64,000 bases of DNA from Ruditapes philippinarum (Eukaryota), in assembly GCF_026571515.1 (NCBI RefSeq), contig NW_026866323.1, positions 1 through 64,000 on the forward strand, written 5' to 3'. The position numbers and the translations under genes were made by a program. Every line of letters begins with the position of its first letter. Within the stretch, counting starts at the first letter, position 1. The notes below the pieces were generated by a model. That model saw only the letters and a program-made list of their open reading frames with translations. It was not told where the DNA came from and made no database searches. Shown here one piece after another: positions 13,601 through 26,300 of the stretch.

Positions 13601-16600
13601 AACTTTCTTAGTTCAAACTTAGATCTAAAGTATTTGGTTTACAATGTACACTGACAAGTGATAATTCTGAGACTCTAGAGTTCAGAAATTTTATTTTACT
13701 ACCTTAAGGTTAGGTATACATATACATATATATATACATGAGCTGCGTCACGACAAAACCAACATAATGGGTTTGCGACCATCATGGATCCAGACCAGCC
13801 TGCCCATCTGCACAGTCTGATCAGGATCCATGCTGTTCGCTTACCAACCCTACTACAAGTAGAAAAACTGATAGCGAACAGCATGGATCCAGATCAGACT
13901 GTGCAGATGCGCAGGCTGGTCTGGATCTATGCTGGTCGCAAACCCACTATGTTGGTTCTGTCATGACGCGGCTCAATTATATATATCAAGTTATGGTTCA
14001 TTAGTTTATAAACAATACCTGTAGATGAGCTGGTCTAAGAAGATGTGCGATATCTACCATGGCTTGCTCTGCTATCATAGTGAGAGCTTCTGGCTCTACT
14101 TGTAAACATTTCTTTCCCTTCACCTCGAAAGTTGACACATAGTCACCTACACATTATACAAAATATATTTTCTTTTAATACACATGTTACTATAGATAGT
14201 AACAAATTGACAATAATTTCAACTGAATATGAGTGTCAAATGAAGGATTATGTAACTACCACCATGACCCAAGAATATACAACTTAAGGTCACCAGACGT
14301 CATCCAGAAAATGAAAGTGTATTTATCATGGATTGCTTGATTTTTTTATTACGACTTGTAAAATCAAACATAAAAGAAGAAACAACAGTTTTACACAACC
14401 TTGTGACTACTTTAAACCTAAATGGATTATAGTGCTAGCAGCTATTTTTGAGTCTAAAATAATCATAGTGTAGGACCTGCTCAATAATGTATAACCTCTT
14501 TATTTCACACAACCAAATTTTTAATATTTTGACAAAACTTTGTTTCCATTAAAAAAACAAACATTTGGTGCAGACACCATCAATAAGGTGCTTGATGGAC
14601 CGTCTTAAATATGTAAGAGAGTTTACTCTTATAAAATTGTAACAGGCAAAAGTAATACTCAAGTACAATATGAATTGGATATAAATAATGAATCTTTTAG
14701 ATTCAGAAAATGAAAACGAGAAAAGATGAAGTACAATATAATTTGATGTGATATTTTGACTTATAAAATGAAAACTTGGGTATATTGATAGCATTGAATC
14801 AAGATCTGATTTACATTAGAAATCACAATGTGCAAATGATGGTAGTTCATTGCTAATATTCTATATGGTGTGAAATATTTAAGTACACAAACATTTTCAA
14901 ACTTGAGTTTAAAAAACAAATTTGATTACAGCTGTGTTTCAGTCAATACAGTTGATGGTAAGTATTGATATTGCACATTGTTGTGCTTATTTTCTTGAAA
15001 CAGTGATGACAAAATGTTTTTACATAATCAACTGAAAGTAGAAACCTGACTTTATTCTTTCTTACATATTTCCCATGGTGTTTGTATAATTAAAAATTTT
15101 TAAAATGTTAAAATAATTGCATTTTTGGTAAAATCTGTATTGCATATTAAAGTCTAATTAGCCTTCTGTCTGTTTTCATAGGAGATGTGCTGCATTAAGG
15201 GAGAGTGTTTGTACAACTGTAGATGTCATGCCAATCTCATGTGGAGTTCCCTTACTGTGCCTCCAACATTGGACCAGGTATTTGTGCCCATTGTGTTGAG
15301 CTAGAACCACAGAGAAATCCGGAACTGTTAACAAAGTATAGGATTGTACTTCCAGTTTGTGAGAAATGCATCACTGTCCACAAGAAAAACATTCCCCATA
15401 GATGTCCTATAAAAAATGAATAATGTGAACCTAAATTTTGTGGGTATTTCCACAATTAGGACTGTGGCTTAACTGTTTACTTGTCTGAAGTTGCATAGTG
15501 TTTGAAGTTTTTTTCCTGGTTTTGTTACTTTAAATAATACTATTCATTAAGTGAAGATAAAATGTAAGCAGACTTTAAATTGTTGATGTATAATGATGTC
15601 TTTTGTTGTTCAGTAGTTATTTTGCATAATATATTTGAGTGTTCCAGTCATCCACGTATATTTGAGTGTTTTAGTCATCCTCTCACATGTTGGGTAAATG
15701 TTCGAAATTTGCTTTTGTTACATGTATTTTTATTAAAAAGAACTATACTTTTTGTATTGACTAATTGGAAGATCTACAAACTTAAACAAGATTGCATTTG
15801 AGAAAAATGCTATGCCACCGCATTAATACAACACCAAATAGTAGTGTAGGGAACAGATTTTTTTTGTTTCTATACAATTTTGAAGATTGTCATAATACAA
15901 AGATCATTAACCTATCTAATTCTTATTATCAGATTAGTGGTTAAATCTGTTGTTAACTCAATAAAAGATCAGAGTAGGAATATATCAATTCACTCGAGTC
16001 TAGTGAATTTGGTGGTGAAGGTCATATTTCACACAGCCTAAATTTCATGACTACAACACAGTAAGACAAGGACAACACAGTAAGACACTTTGTCGAAATC
16101 TAGGTCAGCTGAAATCAAAGTTCACTATACATCTTAATCTGTGCACATGGTTCAAATTTCATAGCTGTACATCAAAGGACAAGAAAGTAGGTCACTGTCC
16201 CCTTGGGCAAGGCGAAATTTTGGACCCAAGGGTTTAATTCAAAACAATCTTGATACTGGTCCACCAAACAACATTTCAAGTCAAATATCTAAGCTGTAGC
16301 TTTCTCCCAAATAATATTCTCACAAATATTAAAGCTCTAAGCAGACAATAACATTTTTTGATTTTTTACAATATTTATATATTGAAAATCAATGACCCCC
16401 GGGGCGGGGGCAATTTTGATCCCAGGACTATAATTTGAACAATCTTGCTAGAAGTTCACTTCACAATGTTTCAGGCAAAATATCTAACCTGTAGCATTTG
16501 TCAATTGCTAGAAGAAATTTTTTTAAAGTTTTTACTATAAGTTTTTACTATATACATATAAGGAAAACCAATGACCCCCGGGGCTGGGCCCATTTTGACC

Positions 16601-18206
16601 CAAGGGCTATAATTTGAACAATCTTGTTAGAGGTCTACCAGACAATGCCTTATGCAAAATATCTAAGCTCTAGGCCTTTTGGGTCTTTACAAGAAGGTAT
16701 TTTAAGTTTTTACTATATGTACATATAGTGAAAATCAATGACCCCCGGGGCGGGACCGATTTTGACCCCAGGGCTCTATTTTGAACAATCTTGGTAAGGG
16801 TCTACCAGACAATTCCTTATACAAAATATCTAAGCTCTAGGCCTTTTGGGTCTTTACAAGAAGGTATTTTAAGTTTTTACTATATGTACATATAGTGAAA
16901 ATCAATGACCCCCGGGGCGGAGCCGATTTTGACCCCAGGGCAATAATTTGAACAATCTTGGTAGAGGTCTACCAGACAATGCCTTATGCAAAATATCTAA
17001 GCTCTAGGCCTTTTGGGTCTTTACAAGAAGATTTTTTAAATTTATTCTTATAATTCCTTTTGGTTGCCATAGCAACCAGATTTCTGCATGGAATGAAATT
17101 TTTTGAACAACTTTGGAAGCCCTTCACCCAAGGATCAATACTGCCAAGTTTGGTTGAAATTGGACTAGTGGTTTTTCACAAGAAGATTTTTTAAGTTCAC
17201 TATATAATCTATATAACACACAAACAAACAAACACACACACACACAGGTGAATCGCTATATGCCACCGCATCGCAGATGCTGCGGTGGCATAATAAAAAG
17301 TAAGATATATCAATTTTAAAATGTTTATTCACATGCAAAATATATTAAATAGTTTTTTCCAACAGACAGAATCAAACCAAAAAAACATTTATGTATTTCC
17401 AAAAAAAAAAAAAAAAAAAATCCCTACCTACCCAACTCTAAAAAGTAGGGTCGGGAGACAGCAAACAAAGACTTTTTTACATGTGGCCTAGTTACTTAAT
17501 GGTGATCATAAAAGTTTCTTTCATTTTTTCCTAAAATTATGGACAGAATGAAGCTCATACACCTCTGGATGTTTGCTTGGATAGACCGACTGACAATTAA
17601 AAATGCTATACAAGTATGTCCAAAAGTTTCTTCAGGTGTATAAAAAAAACCTTACAATACAAAATTGTTTAATGGAAATTCGCATTCACAATTGTCAAAT
17701 TGTAGTCATTGACAAAATTATAAATGACTAAAAAACATGAGAAACAGAGATATAAAAATTTAACCATGATTATTTATTATGAATCAAGACTTTCAAACAT
17801 AATTTAATCTTTTTAAGTCCATTAAATAGCTAAATTTCAGCAGTATTTCATAGGACTATATTCTGACAAACAATGGCAATATGGCGCTTAATTTCACAGT
17901 CAAAGTGTCCCAAACATTTTCACAAATGACTGAAAGAATATACTGACATGTATGGTAGTACCATGTATTTATGTCTCAGTTTGTGTGACATACTTTACAG
18001 AACAAAACATTATACAAGTTGCTGTGATTTATTAAAGTACCTGTTAACTTTTTCCAAGGTATGTCAGGCTTTTTCTCTGTTTCTAGAATGTCCTGATAGT
18101 AAAATGGATTCACATCGCTAGCTACTGTTGCCTTCAGCTGTTTGTGAATAATAGCCCCAAATCTCTGACCAACACTGTACAACAACCTTGACTTGTGTGA
18201 CAACAT
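4662..18206 (-). CDS. fumA: Class I (Fe-S, FumA/FumB-type) fumarate hydratase, probable mitochondrial precursor, 571 aa, 12 coding exons
   Basis: Exons in transcript order: 18041-18206, 14019-14146, 13097-13235, 12224-12324, 11014-11220, 9890-10016, 9106-9296, 8234-8344, 7537-7743, 6797-6916, 5533-5650, 4662-4762. All introns are GT-AG and the total is 1716 nt in frame. Motifs: [139 protein letters not shown]. The N-terminus [26 protein letters not shown] is basic with no acidic residues. The symbol denotes homology to bacterial fumA. Confidence 0.97.
8440..8612 (-). mobile_element. tRNA-derived SINE (bivalve-type conserved body), degenerate
   Basis: The minus strand shows B-box-like GGATTCAAGCCCC, then GGAAGCTATCTAGCT...GTCGGTGGTTTTACTGAGGTGC...GGCACCTGAGGTCTTC. 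A related GAGGAAGCTATC fragment lies at about 39976-39988. Confidence 0.6.
9312..9546. mobile_element. 235-bp palindromic MITE (Sola-like termini), copy 1
   Basis: About 105-bp arms GAACCGCG...CGGCTC, with a 4-bp AAAT duplication on both sides. Confidence 0.9.
10440..10854. mobile_element. Tc1/mariner (pogo/Tigger-like) MITE
   Basis: TA|CAGTAGAATCCCTACTAAAGACCACC ... GGTGGTCTTAATTGAGGGTTTTTACTG|TA, with repeated subterminal TTAAGACCAC motifs. Confidence 0.75.
11968..12206. mobile_element. 235-bp palindromic MITE, copy 2 (4-bp internal duplication)
   Basis: GAGCCGCGTCACGACAAAACC...GGTTTTGTCATGGCACGGCTC, ATAT target duplication. Confidence 0.9.
13740..13974. mobile_element. 235-bp palindromic MITE, copy 3
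   Basis: Same family and length; flanks ACAT/AATT do not match. Confidence 0.9.
15182..15423 (+). pseudogene. Decayed exon encoding a Cys-rich (CxxC...CxxC) module, probably a transposase C-terminus
   Basis: Acceptor TTTTCATAG, then [24 protein letters not shown]...ICAHC...VLPVCEKC...RCPIKNE*. It has two in-frame stops and is antisense inside a fumarase intron. Confidence 0.5.
15785..17295. mobile_element. Helentron-associated / pearl-like non-autonomous element with internal ~167-bp tandem array
   Basis: Begins AACAAGA with TATGCCACCGCA at 15811-15822. Tandem units start AATGACCCC at 16391, 16570, 16737 and 16904. A CA microsatellite lies at about 17215-17246. The terminal hairpin is TATGCCACCGCA-tcgcagatgc-TGCGGTGGCATA at 17259-17292. 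Confidence 0.75.
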
Positions 18207-18351
18207 TCCAACTGCCTGAAGATAAAATTTATTGATGATATTGTTTAACAATCAAATTTGTGATGAGTTCATTATGCGATGCTTAAGAAATGCTTTTTTA
18301 TTAAAACTTAACATCACTTACACATGGGTATTTGTATAAATAAAGAGTTAA

Positions 18352-19450
18352 AACTAGAAATGTGTGTCCACAGGTCACAGGTGCCCCAACACTTCATTGT
18401 TGTTGTTTTTTGTTTTGACTCTAACTTTTCGAGCTGTGCATGGCCAAGTTGAAAATTGCAAATTTACATAAGTCAAGGGCAATAACTCTAACAAAACTGA
18501 CAAAATCAACACGAAAAACCCCAGGTGCACAGCTTTTCATGTTGATCAATATAATATATTCCTGTAATACTAAAGTTTGTTTTATTCTAGCTCAAGCACT
18601 CAAAGTACACATAACACAACATTTTGGGATGGTTTATACTAAGTCAAGGGCAATTACTCTACATATGATAAATAAATCCACAAGCAAACACAACAAAACA
18701 TGCTGACCAACATTTCTGAAAAGTTTCATGACTCAATGTCAAATATTTTTTGGGGTATGCATGACTCAAGTTGAAAAATTACAAAAATTTACTATGTCAA
18801 GGGCAACAAGCAAATTTGATGAATTTATAACCCCAGCCAATACTTGTTATTACTAACACAACAACTGAAGACATAAGTCTTTATTCAGGATTGACATAGA
18901 TATGCTGAAATCCAGTCAGTTGTTCTGAAAATTCACGATTGACATAAATATGCTGCAATCCCATCAATTGTTGCCAAAAAAAAATTCATACAAAAATATG
19001 ATATTCTTTGTACATGATAAAATTTCAGGGCATAACTCCAAGTTAAATAGTATTATCAGACATGCCAATGAGATGCAAATTTCCTTTTTCAATTTTGTAT
19101 TGATGGTTCCCATGAAGTCTTGTTGAAATCAATCCAGCGGTTGAAAAGAAATAGCAATATTGCTCTATATGCATACTGCACAACTAATCAAGGGCCATAA
19201 CTCTATGTTGAAGGGTCTGACCAGAACAAGACAAGGATATCCTCATCTCCCCCTTGTTATTAATTGTTCCAATAAAGTTCATTGAATTCCAGCCAGCAGT
19301 TGCATAGAAATAGGCAGGAAACCATTAGTGCTCTATATGCATACTGCATACATGTAACTAATCAAGGGCCATAACTCTGTCTTGAAGGGTCTGACCACCT
19401 TAATTGCTTGTTGGTACCCATTTTTTGGCCATATTTATCGCTATATCAAA
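18352..19450. repeat. Degenerate Helentron/pearl-like element(s)
   Basis: AACTAGAAATGTGT...GGTGCCCC head and recurring (TC)AAGGGC(A/C)ATAACTC units at about 18474, 18644, 18797, 19027, 19188 and 19362. Boundaries are approximate. Confidence 0.5.
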
Positions 19451-20051
19451 ATCGGTCATGAAAAGGAAACGGCAGAAAATGAAGATCATGTACCAAACTT
19501 TATTCTGTACTGTAAAAGTTTCATGTTTATATTGTGTTTGTTTATTAGCTACATTATAAAATGATTTCTTTTTGTCCAGTAGATGGTTGGAATTCAGTAA
19601 AGGTTCATCTACAAAAGTAAAGATATTATTAAAAAAAAACAATACTTATTATCTTATAATAAGTCATTAAACAATAATCACACACTTACTTAATTACTAA
19701 TTATGATATTATTTCAGTGATCGTTATCTAGTAGTTATTTTTCCAGCCGATAATCGGTAATAAAGCTAGCAAACTGTTGAAAAAGAAATGTGCACTTGAA
19801 AGACTAGTAACTTAATATGCGTTCTAATGCCATACGGACATTTTCTGACAATGTTTTACAATGCCAGCTTAACCACATTTTCAGTGCAATTACTGAATTA
19901 ATTGTATCCGAAATTATTATATTCCGGTTTCTGTGACATAAACATTTTCACGCAATTTTAATCTGATTCACTTCAGTAATGAGAACAATACAGAAAATAA
20001 AAGGTACTTAAACATTAAAGAAAAAACAACAACAAAACTATCTAATATTAC

Positions 20052-20377
20052 CGGAGAAACAGTTAGTTAAACTTAAAAGGTCAGCGAAACGATTTTCTGT
20101 CTGACAGGTCAAGGTCGGCAACAAATGTCATGGCCTACAAGGGAGGGCACTCTTGTAATTCTAGTTTCACTTTCATTTTACTTCCTAGTTAGTTGTTTAT
20201 TTATTTGATGAATATTGAATACACTCCTCATTACGTGATCCACACCGACAGAACATTATCATTTGTTTACATGATTAGCAAGCTGAATAAAATAGCTGAA
20301 AAGTAAACAAGATTGTTTGAAGTTAAACATAAGTTGTTAAAATTAATGTGAATTGCCAATTCATGAGTGACTGAGAA
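20052..20377. promoter_or_regulatory. Probable bidirectional promoter between fumarase and membrane protein A, including a likely non-coding first exon of the fumarase
   Basis: The fumarase ATG exon has an acceptor at 18216-18217, so an upstream exon is needed. A minus-strand donor CG|GTAATA lies at 20050-20051. Motifs: AAGGTCA 20077-20083, AGGTCAAGGTCG 20106-20117, ISRE AGTTTCACTTTC 20163-20174, CRE-like TTACGTGA about 20231-20238. Confidence 0.55.
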
Positions 20378-23300
20378 ATGGAGGAAAGCGACGGACCTAT
20401 AAGCTTTGCTGATCTTGGAATCAATGTTACAGATTCCACCAAAGATACGTGTTTTGGGAAGGTATAATTAGTTGATGTTTTATCGACATACTTATGATGT
20501 AGCAGAGCTACATGTACTTTGCACTTTATGTAATACGAAAATTGGATCGCTTTAAATATTCTTCAAATATCAGGACAATCATTTACATATATTTTATGAG
20601 TTTTACACAAGATCATAAGTCATTTTAAATTATTTTGTTTCTCGGTTAAGTTTATACTTTTGTATGATTCAACTTATTTTGAAAACATGTAAATACATGT
20701 AAATGTATACATACACTGTACAGTATGCTTTAATATTTTAATTAACGTTGTTGATTTATACATGGGTAATTTTAAATACATTGTGAAATGAGTATTTAAA
20801 TGTTTAAAAAAAATATTATATATTATTTCTTGTTGTTCAATAGATAAACATGCATGTTGAATAAATTGAACGCAGCTTTAAAGTTTATCTAAATCAAGTG
20901 CACACATGCTTTAAGAAATTGACATGCGTTTTATAAGAGAAAGAATGTTGCAGTTTATCTTGACGATTGCAGAATGTAATTTAATCAAATAACCAGTAAA
21001 TCAATAACAATTATTAAAGTACGAAAAATGTACAAATGTAAAATGACAAAATATTTTAGAATGTTTTAGCTACATTGTACACACGAACCCCTGTTAAATC
21101 CTTGTTCCGCATTGAGTTGGGAGCAGTTTACTGTTTACCGTTATTATAAAAAACATTTCATTGGATTTATAATTTGGCCTGGTCGGGATTCGAACCCGGG
21201 ACTCCTTGAACATCTAAGCCTAAATGTCAACAGGTTGGTTTTTTGTACTTTCGGTTTCTACAACCATAATAATAAATATATAAATAATGTATTGTTTGCT
21301 TTTGTTCCTATGAATTCACTCATTTTAGGTGGACTTTTACTACATATATTGGAAATAAACTTGTCAACAACTCCCAGCATTAAATTACTATTTGTTTACA
21401 TGTTTAGTTTCTAAGCGTAGGTTAGACCCGTTCTGTGTATTCATAAGACTGACGGAAAGGGCCGAGTAGTTGCGATTGGTCATTATTGTTGAAAATGTCA
21501 CCCAACTCTGATTTTTCCTATGCCACATATTTATCATCACTTTAATCATTAAAGAAGAGCGGCTCTAAATATCGATTAAAATTTATTAACTATTATAAAT
21601 CAAAATATATCAAAATACTGTAGCTATTTATATTATAACTTCTGTGCGTGACTTATATATTTATCATAATTCACGGCTGCTGCATATTTCTGTGAAGTAC
21701 AATGTTTCCCTATGTTACTCGAAGGAAGCAACTTTTGAATATGATATATTCGTTATCAAGATTTATAGCAGGTTATGTGTGTTTAATCGAATAAGTGCTA
21801 TATTCAATTAAATTCAATTCAATTCAATTCAAACGTTTATTGCAATTAAGTAAATACATTCTTATAGCAAATTACAAATGATATAAACACTTAAGAATGG
21901 GTCATTTGTATTCTGTCCAAAATATGATAATAGGTCAAGCTGGAGCAGTATATTTTATAATTTAAACAAAGACTATTTAATTACCTCTATATCAGATTCA
22001 GAGTTGTGAGAGACTGACGAAGCTTGAGAAAGTTTTTCTGGTTGTGACTTTGTTGTGTTTGGTTGCCTCCCTTGGTATCACAATAGAACGGTTGGTTGTG
22101 TCACCAAAAGATAGCGCAGATTTTACGTTTGCTTTAGTGCTTTTCATTAATATTTGTAAGTATTGGCAATGTTTTTTGAATGGATTTGTTTAAATATATA
22201 GCGGAAGTTGTAATGTGTCTTCTGGTAGAATCAAAAGTTATAAAAATGCATGTTCCCATAAAATAATGTTATAACGTGTTTAATGCGGACACCATCTTCA
22301 TCTGATATAAAGTTTTCTAAAACGGTGTAATTAATCATAACATTCAACGGTGCTAAATAATTGTGGTGTTGATAAAAATGATGATGATAATGATGATGAT
22401 AATGATGATGATAATGATTGGACGTGCTTTTACAGAAGATGATGATGTTAATATGTTGTTGTTTTGGTTGTTTATGATATTGGTAGTGATAGACATTGAT
22501 GCTGGTTGTATAGGTAGGTGATGATGATGATGATTATTATTATTATGATGATGATGATTATCATCATAATTATGCTAATTGTGATTTAGATTGCGAGAAT
22601 GATGATGATGATGATGATAATTTTATTCTACTGCTGCAGCTGATGGTGATGATGATAATTTTTATTATAATATGTTGTTTTTGTAGTTAAACATTCAGTA
22701 ATGTGATGTATAACATATTTATTTTACAGTATTCTGCATTTACTACGTTTTAAACGGCGTCTTCTTTGAGCGGCCTTATGAGATAGGTATACTTGTCCTA
22801 GCTACGGCCGTGGTTTGGTTGTACCTAGTGCTTAATTACGCTATCAGTGCAAAAGGTCCATATAAACTGGTAAGTCAAGATAAAATATGAATCATTATCA
22901 GATACCATATCATTAGTGATGATCAGTATTACAATACAATTGTATTTGTTTTATACACATTTATTAAAATTAATCACATAGTTAAGTATAAATAACATTT
23001 AGAGCGGTACCTATTGTTAACAGAACAGCTTTGCTTACTGTTGTAAAACCATTGTCAGTCAGCGAAAACCAATATGGCCGATTTGTTCCTGGACCATTAT
23101 TTTTGTAGATATTCTCTGACCAAGGTGTCAATTTACTCACTAATGTGTTTTGTGTGATTTAAACTTATTGAAATAGACAAAAAGGGATGTGACTATGCTA
23201 TAGTAGCAAATGATAGATAAATACTCTGACTTTTTATTTGAATATCAATCAATTTAACCACAAACCTTTGTGTTCCAAATATGTTGTGGGAAAATGCTTT

Positions 23301-26300
23301 TTCTAATCCACTAGTCTAATAATTAGAATAAGACATGTTAGGAATCTATGAATAGGTCACAGGTGAAAATAAAACCTTTCAAAGGAACACATGTAAGATG
23401 GACCACTGCATTTAAAATGGATAAAGATGCTGCTATTTTCACTGACTCCTTTCCTTATATATGCCACCGGAAATCAATATTGCCTATGTATGGAACTATT
23501 TTATATCTTTCATTTGTAAGTTGGAGCTGTTATTGATGAAACATTTAATTGATATATTTTTCAGGCTCGACTCATCGTGTCTTCCTCCCTAAGTCCATGT
23601 GTAATCGTCATGGGCGTGTTAATAGCACGGAACTACCATGAGTCGAAAAACCTGATATTTCGAACTGTCGGGGCGCATGGTACTTTGCAAGAATTGTGCA
23701 GAACAATGTTTGTGTTTTTTGATCTTTTAAAAGCTGATTTGCAAGTTTCGGTAAGAACACTTTATTGAGATATAGTTTGCAAAATTCCCCCACGTCAATT
23801 TAATAGTATTCTTTGCTTTATTTATATGTATTCTCAGTCTACGAATGGGTAATATATGAATTGTTATGTAGTTTAGCATTAAATGTTGTTTTAATTGTTA
23901 ACCTTTTTACATGTGAGACATGGTCATGTGATCGGAATGAACAGAGAAGTTGTGTTCATCCTTGAGAGAAGTTGTGTTCATCCTTATAAAAGAACCTCAC
24001 TGCAATTTCATATGTAGCTTAATTACAGGGATAAGACCTTTTGTTCTGATATTATCCTTATCCCCCCTGCCTTCAAGTCCTTGCTGCAGCCCCCCTTAAC
24101 AACAACAAAAAAATAAATATAGATAAAAGTCATTTTCCACATTTAGTCTTCATAGTAACAATAATATAACACTCTTACGCAATTTTCATAATACAGTGTA
24201 CTTCATAATATCTCTAGGTATTATGAAAAATTGCCTTATAGTGTCATATTATTGTTGTTATGAATACTTAATGTGGGAAATTTCTTTTATTTATATTTTT
24301 GAGGGATTGTAGGCAGGGACTGGAAGGCGAGGTGGGGGGGGGGGGGGGGTTAGCGGTAGATCAAAGCGTCTCATCCCTGTGAGCTGAATCACAAATTGAA
24401 TTTCTTTCTTCATTTTTGGCTCACTGAATGCAACGAAAGTTCAAATGTATGGTCCAAAATACATTTCGGAGGAAACGAATCCGTTTAAACTTATTTTGGA
24501 ATAATTAAGATAAAATGGTATTCAAAGAATTATTTGACTGCAATGACCAGGAAAAATACGTAGTAACCTATCCTTGAAGCTGGTTACTTCCTGTTATCAT
24601 TTTACGTCATATGTAATCAGGGATAAAGTTGTTTCCGTTTGAAATAGTAAATAGTAAAAATATACTTTTACTGTACTTATAGTACTTATTAACGGATATA
24701 TAATTTTTAACATTAAATATGTCCTTGATTTCTTATTACAATGTATAATGATACAAAGGCCAACTTTAAACCTTTCCACTTTAAAGAATGCCTGATATAC
24801 AATTAATGTACCACTTTATATTGTCATTTTAAAGAATTTTATTGCAAGTTGACCTTTGTGACGCCGTTCTGTATGATAACATGTGTAAATTTATAATATA
24901 TACGCATGCGAGAATTAGGAGAATAACTGCCTTCACTTTGATTTTATAATTATTCAAGTGTCCTTTAAACTACTCTATAAAAGTGACAAGATTTTTGCTG
25001 GCCGGAATAGGATTCTCTTCGGGCTTAAAGAAATAGACTAGTTATCTCATTGAAAAACATGTTATCAAAATATTACACGTGCTGTTGTTGTTATGTGCGT
25101 TTAAATTTTTGGTGTATACTTAATTTCACTTTATTTCAGTTATCTCTAGCGTTGTTTATTTTGACGTCTGGACAGAAACTGGATCTAGAAGACACTATCT
25201 TACTACCATTATCCCTGGTGTTTGGCCTAGCTTCTTTTGTCACAGGATATCTCTCCGTATGTATATTTTGAATTACCGGCATCGAACGTTATCGAACGAA
25301 TAGTTTTAAAAAACGTCAGAGAAATGACGTCACTGTAACGTTCACAACATCTTGTTGTTTGTAATAATAATTAGAACTAAAGTTAACCAGTGACCTATTT
25401 TATAACTTTTGAGACACGGTAATTATCCAATCGTTAAGCTAATAACCTCAAGGCATGATTAAAAAAAAGAAAAAATACTATACTTTCAGCACGGTCGTGA
25501 TGGGGTCCACATATCATTGAAATAATTTGACGAAATTTCTGATATAGGTGTACTATATTTCCTTATTCGTTAACAGGGACTTCTCGCTTACTATATAAAT
25601 TTCCTCTTTTTTTTAAAAAAAAAAATAACCATTTTTACAAAAGATGTTTTTTTCCGACTGATTTTTATCAACTCTACTGTGTAATTAATGTGGTAAACAT
25701 TACATAATTATAATGAGGTAGTAAGTTTTCATTTTCAATTTTTCATGACATTATATTTTACAATATATATTTTCTTAGATTCTAAATTACAAATCCATTC
25801 ATAATATAAATAGGATACAACCAGTGTGTCAGTGTACGTATCAATGACGTAAACAGTCTAAGCTAGTGAATTATTTTGTTCCGCAACACTTTAGATATAT
25901 GAATGAAAACCGTAATCTCGATTGTCCGTTTCTGACATTCCCTTATTTTTGAGATATAATCTACATGTGTTCAAAGAAACACTCTCCCTTATTTTTGAGA
26001 TATGATCTACTTCCGTTCAATAAATACCGTCTTTTATTTTTGACATATGATCTACATTGTAGCCCTTTTCAATGATTGCTATCTTGACTTTCAGGTGCGG
26101 ATAGAAAATAAACCAGTAGCTATAGCATACGCTGTAATTTGGATCACAATGCCGGCGTATGCTACCTATCTGATAGTGAGGGTAAGAAATCAATGTATTT
26201 ATATTATAGGTGATTTTATATATTGAACATGGTGCTTCACCACGCCAATATTTAACGCCAGTTTTAACAAACCAATGCTGGTTTGATGAGAATTTTTAGC

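Noticed and set aside
4662-18206. Bacterial contamination or recent HGT as the source of the fumA-like gene
   Set aside because: It has eleven canonical introns containing host repeats, host-like composition and a targeting leader. Ancient HGT is not excluded.
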